Source: Lepidodermella squamata
Lineage: Eukaryota > Animalia > Gastrotricha
Assembly: GCA_047495785.1 (NCBI GenBank)
Contig: JBLDXI010000032.1
Coordinates: 4,402,001-4,466,000, forward strand
Length of the DNA stretch: 64,000 nucleotides
Reading direction: 5' to 3'
The notes beneath the pieces were generated by a model, which saw only the letters and a list, made by a program, of their open reading frames with translations, did not search any database and had not been told where the DNA came from. Position 1 is the stretch's first letter. The number at the start of each line of letters is the position of its first letter. Position numbers and translations under genes: made by a program. Of this stretch, positions 60,089-64,000 are shown in pieces.

Positions 60089-62917
60089 TTAGAAGCCGTT
60101 GTAGTACGGCGCATAGCCACGACCAGCACCGGCAACAAGGGGACCAGCGACAGCACCATTCAGGCCAACACCGTTGTTGAAGCCGCCAACAGGGCCGTAG
60201 CCGTAAGAGCCGTAGCCAGGGTAAGCATAACCTCCAGCGTCGGCGTAACCGTTTCCATAACCGGTTGCTCCTCCTTGAGCTGCGCCGGCAGCTTGCTGCT
60301 GACCGCGAGAGCCCTGGCGGAAGGCACCTTGGCCTACCAAAAGTGACGAATTATTGTCTGATATTAAATTAATGTGAGAATCTAATTACCCTGGGCAGCT
60401 GCGCTACCCTGAGCAGCCTGAGCGCGGCCGAAGTTGGCAGCGGAGGCACGGCTGGCGGCGGCGGCTTGCGCACGAGCGTGTAATTCTTCCTCGGCGGCAA
60501 GAACGGTCTGCTCCTTGTCGTAGCCAGCAGCCTCGTGTTCACGACGACCGGAAAAACGACCTGCGCCAAACTGGGCAGCTCCTTGTTCACCAGCGGAGAA
60601 CCCACCTTGAGCAGCCGACGACTGTTGACCCTGAGCCGCGGAGCCCTGAGCAGCGGCGGCAGCAGCGGCACCATTAACTTTACCACCGGCTTGACCGGCA
60701 GCCTGGCCAGCGGCTTGGGCAGCAGCACCTTGTTGACCATTGAAGCCGTAAAAGCCTGGGGCTTGGAAACCATTCGAAGCAGCGCCGTTAGCGGCAGCAT
60801 TGCCACCGAAACCCGCAGCCGCGGAACCAGCAGCCTCTGTAGAAAAAAATATGTTGTTATTGAAATAACGGTAAAAGGGTTCAGCGTCCGATATAGGCTA
60901 TAGTGAGTGGAATTAAAAAGGAGCGCAAGCCAAAAGTCAAAGCGAAACCCTTATCAGAGTTTCGACACTGATTGCCTCTGATCATTCATAAAAACTTGGG
61001 GTGCGCGAGAATGTCTAATTCTGCTCCCTATTAAACGAGCAAGAAACGCGGCCGATAGAGCACGAATCTCGAATTGATTAAAAATGCTACTAAAATGACA
61101 AGGTCAAACTCTGCAAAAACCCGAGGAAATTCCGAGCTCAAAATATGTTTGCAAAGCCTCGAACAGTTCCTTGCAATCTTCTCAGTGAATACGTCGGGGT
61201 TAATCTACATAGCCGCAGATACCGAACAGATGCGAATATAATGCGAACAGATAAATAATGTTCTTCCGCTTCTTGGTCGGGAACGGCTATGGGCTTAATG
61301 TGGTCAACTCTATTTATATTTTTCCATGAAACAAGAAATTATCTGAGCTATTAAGCGAGTTCTTCAAGCATAGATGTGATGAAATATCTGAAGACTCTTT
61401 TCTCGCCTCAATGTTTTCTGTGGTTTCCAACTCTGGTACCGAGCGTCTCCCAGCAATGCTCAAAACCCGATGCTCTCTTCATGATACGAGCGAACCAACG
61501 GTCGACATAACGTACGTACGATGACCATTAGATGCTAATGATCGATTTGTATACAATCCCTAAAATGTGATCCGATGGCTGAATGTCTTCAAGCCATTGC
61601 GAGCAGTTAAATAAATACTTTGGGACTACTAGTCACTGGCAATAAGAAAATAGGACAGTTTCAAATCAGGAACATATTTCAGATTCCGGGCAAGTCGAGG
61701 AAATGTTATGGACCTGTTCTATAAACGACCACTGAAAACCTCGTGTCTGTAATATCGACGAGACAACGAACTAGATTGAGATTTGATTAGATAATTGCTA
61801 CTACTGAATCGATGCTTGGAATTCCCGTAAGCAGGTACATTTAATAGGCATAATGAGCAAATGTAGCGACAGTCATTATTCCCGGTGGATCCAATAAATG
61901 ACTGCAAATCAGCATAATGCATCCATGACTAATATCTCTGGAAGGTGCATATCGTTAGCATCGCGCCAAAACAACGACTTTAGTATTTATCGATTTTTAT
62001 GGAAAGTATATACGTTCGACCAGTAAACTTAAATTCAAATTTTGATCATTACTATCAGTGTTCAAAGAAGCCGAACGTGCTTAATCATTACGTTGAGCTC
62101 CTTGAAGTTCGATCGAATGAGTCATCAAAGTGGTTGTCTTGGCGCGTCGCTTGCGATATCTGTTCTAGTTCTGTCTTTCCTTGATAATAATTTCCTCTAC
62201 GTAATTTCCCTCATAGATTAGTCCTGGCCTATTAATTGAACGTGATTAAAATCTACACGCCCTAAGCTTGACAGCGATCTACAGGGGCGATAACAAAAAC
62301 CTTGGGCAGCAAATGCTCGCTAATAATGGTTAATTTCTAAAATCTATATGAGGAGAAATTAAAACAACGATATTGTAAGTAAAAACTATGTTCACTTACG
62401 CTGGCCTTGGATGTTAGAGTTTTGACCCTGGGCGAATCCAGAGCCCTGTCCCTTCTGGAATCCACCGGCAGCCGAATTGCCATACGAGCCAGCAGCAGCG
62501 GTCAACGAGCCAGCCTCAGCGACCTTGTCACGTACACCAAACGCCTGGTCACGGTTGTAACCGAAAAGCACTGACTGGCGGCGGTAGAACGAGCCAGCTT
62601 CAGAAGCAGCGGCTTCGCGATCACCAGCATTGCCGTATTCCTCCTCCGCGTTGCGACCGTTGCGAGCGTCGGCGTAGCCAGCACCACCTTCAGATCCCTG
62701 ATCGTAGCCAGCCGATCCGTCGTAGCCCTGGCCGTAACCCTGGCCGTAATTGCCAGCATAGCCATTTGCGGCATTCCCACCGTAAGCAGGACCGTACAAG
62801 GAACCAGCTAGTATAATCAAAGACTTTAGATGTTGGAGGAAGCGGAAGGCATTGTCGACGATGGCACTTACCGGCCGCGTTCGCGATCAAAGCGCAGACA
62901 ACGACTGCAGTGTACAT
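60089..62917 (-). CDS. Secreted protein M with two divergent copies of the family core, ends APYYNGF
   Basis: Exons 62917-62872 (MYTAVVVCALIANAA), 62807-62400, 60836-60390, 60333-60089. Phases are compatible across the 1.56-kb intron (c|ag = Gln). Confidence 0.75.
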
Positions 62918-64000
62918 GGTTGGGGCTTTCAAGTTTTAATGTCTATGATAATACAATTTGTTCCACACAGTAATTTTTCTACGAATAAGCCGTTGAAGAT
63001 TGCTAATACTATAGTTACTACTGTAAAGTTTAACAAGCAGTTGGATTTGCGAAGCTTTGACCGCCGGACAGCGTATAGAAAGCAGAAATACCTAGGCAAG
63101 CTGCATCAGGCGCAAGTACTTTTTAAGCCTGTTTCTGCCGATGAGCATACAACGATTTGAAGAACATCCTCATTTTTCTCGAAGTGGCGCAGTTATCGGC
63201 CCCATGTAATTTTGACGAGCTTCTACGACACTATTGCACCTAGGCCAGCAGGCTGGCTAGTTTTTTCCTCAGGTATCCCGTCATGTGTCGCGTGTTTTTG
63301 TTGCGCGCACCGCTCGGCCGTCATCAATTGCCGGGCTGCGTGAATACAAAGAATTACACACGTGGCAAAGGCAACAACAATCCCATGTTATCATCGCAAT
63401 TAATGATTCATTAGCGTAAATAGCCACGGCAGCAGCAGTAATAGCAGCAGCAGCAGCGGTGACGACGACCGGCTATCAACATATACTACTTCTTCTTCAA
63501 CACGCTCTTCATTACTTCATGTCGCTGTCTTGTAGCCACAACTTGGGAGAGCGCGATGATTCTAGAAAAAAGCCGTTGTGTGTAAGCCTCTGGCTAACCA
63601 ACTAAGCACGATAGGTTAAATATACATAGAATTATCGGATTATGTTATGCCCAACGCATTTATAATGGCGTGAAGCTGAACGAAATTTCACACACCACAA
63701 TTGACCGTTCACATATGTATTATAATGCGGCTGAGAGATCATATGTCTCTGCGATGACGCGGTTTCTCGTGTTATTTTTACGGCAAACGCTAATGCTGAA
63801 AAGTATTCCTGAATCATTGAAATTTGTTAATATCGTAAAACCAAAAATCGTGAAATATTGGCAAATTTCTTTCAACAATTTTATTAGAACAATTCAACTC
63901 GACGTTATTGGGTGACCCGGTGAGCCGAATAAAATTTGGTAAACACGTGGCTGGTCGGCGAGGCAAAATTTAGCGAAGCTCCGAGTTAATTGAGGTGCCA

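Noticed and set aside
32605-60903. Long + strand and alternate-frame ORFs (e.g. 36429-37709, 39725-40447, 47559-48818, 53515-54255) rich in A/S/T/V/E or L/P/R
   Set aside because: These are shadows of the Gly/Ala-rich minus-strand genes: biased GGC/GCT/AAC codons leave other frames stop-free. They lack signal peptides, splice logic and promoters.

Overview
Compact animal (invertebrate) genomic DNA with mostly 45-60 nt introns; the taxon cannot be fixed from sequence alone. There are two main blocks. (1) 1-22.3 kb, + strand: a head-to-tail array of at least three divergent four-domain T-type (Cav3-like) voltage-gated channel genes, the first 5'-truncated by the window. All three have Asp rather than Glu at the domain II filter position, so the two complete genes read EDDD instead of the canonical Cav3 EEDD. 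All three have a long four-Cys domain II turret, the two complete copies have a CxxC...CxxC motif in a short I-II linker, and copy 2 needs an AT-AC intron with a U2-type donor. (2) 32.4-62.9 kb, - strand: 13 co-oriented genes for secreted low-complexity proteins. Seven share an indel-free Ala/Gln/Gly core that is mirror-symmetric and charge-complementary about a central Leu-Leu. One further gene carries two divergent cores whose charges complement each other in antiparallel register. The rest are Gly/Asn triplet-repeat proteins and Asp/Arg/Gly/Trp polyampholytes, one with a DSS tract. Together they look like a co-regulated kit for an extracellular biomaterial. 22.4-32 kb holds one orphan two-exon gene and degenerate, poorly resolved sequence. 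All exon coordinates were derived by hand from splice signals and paralog alignment.
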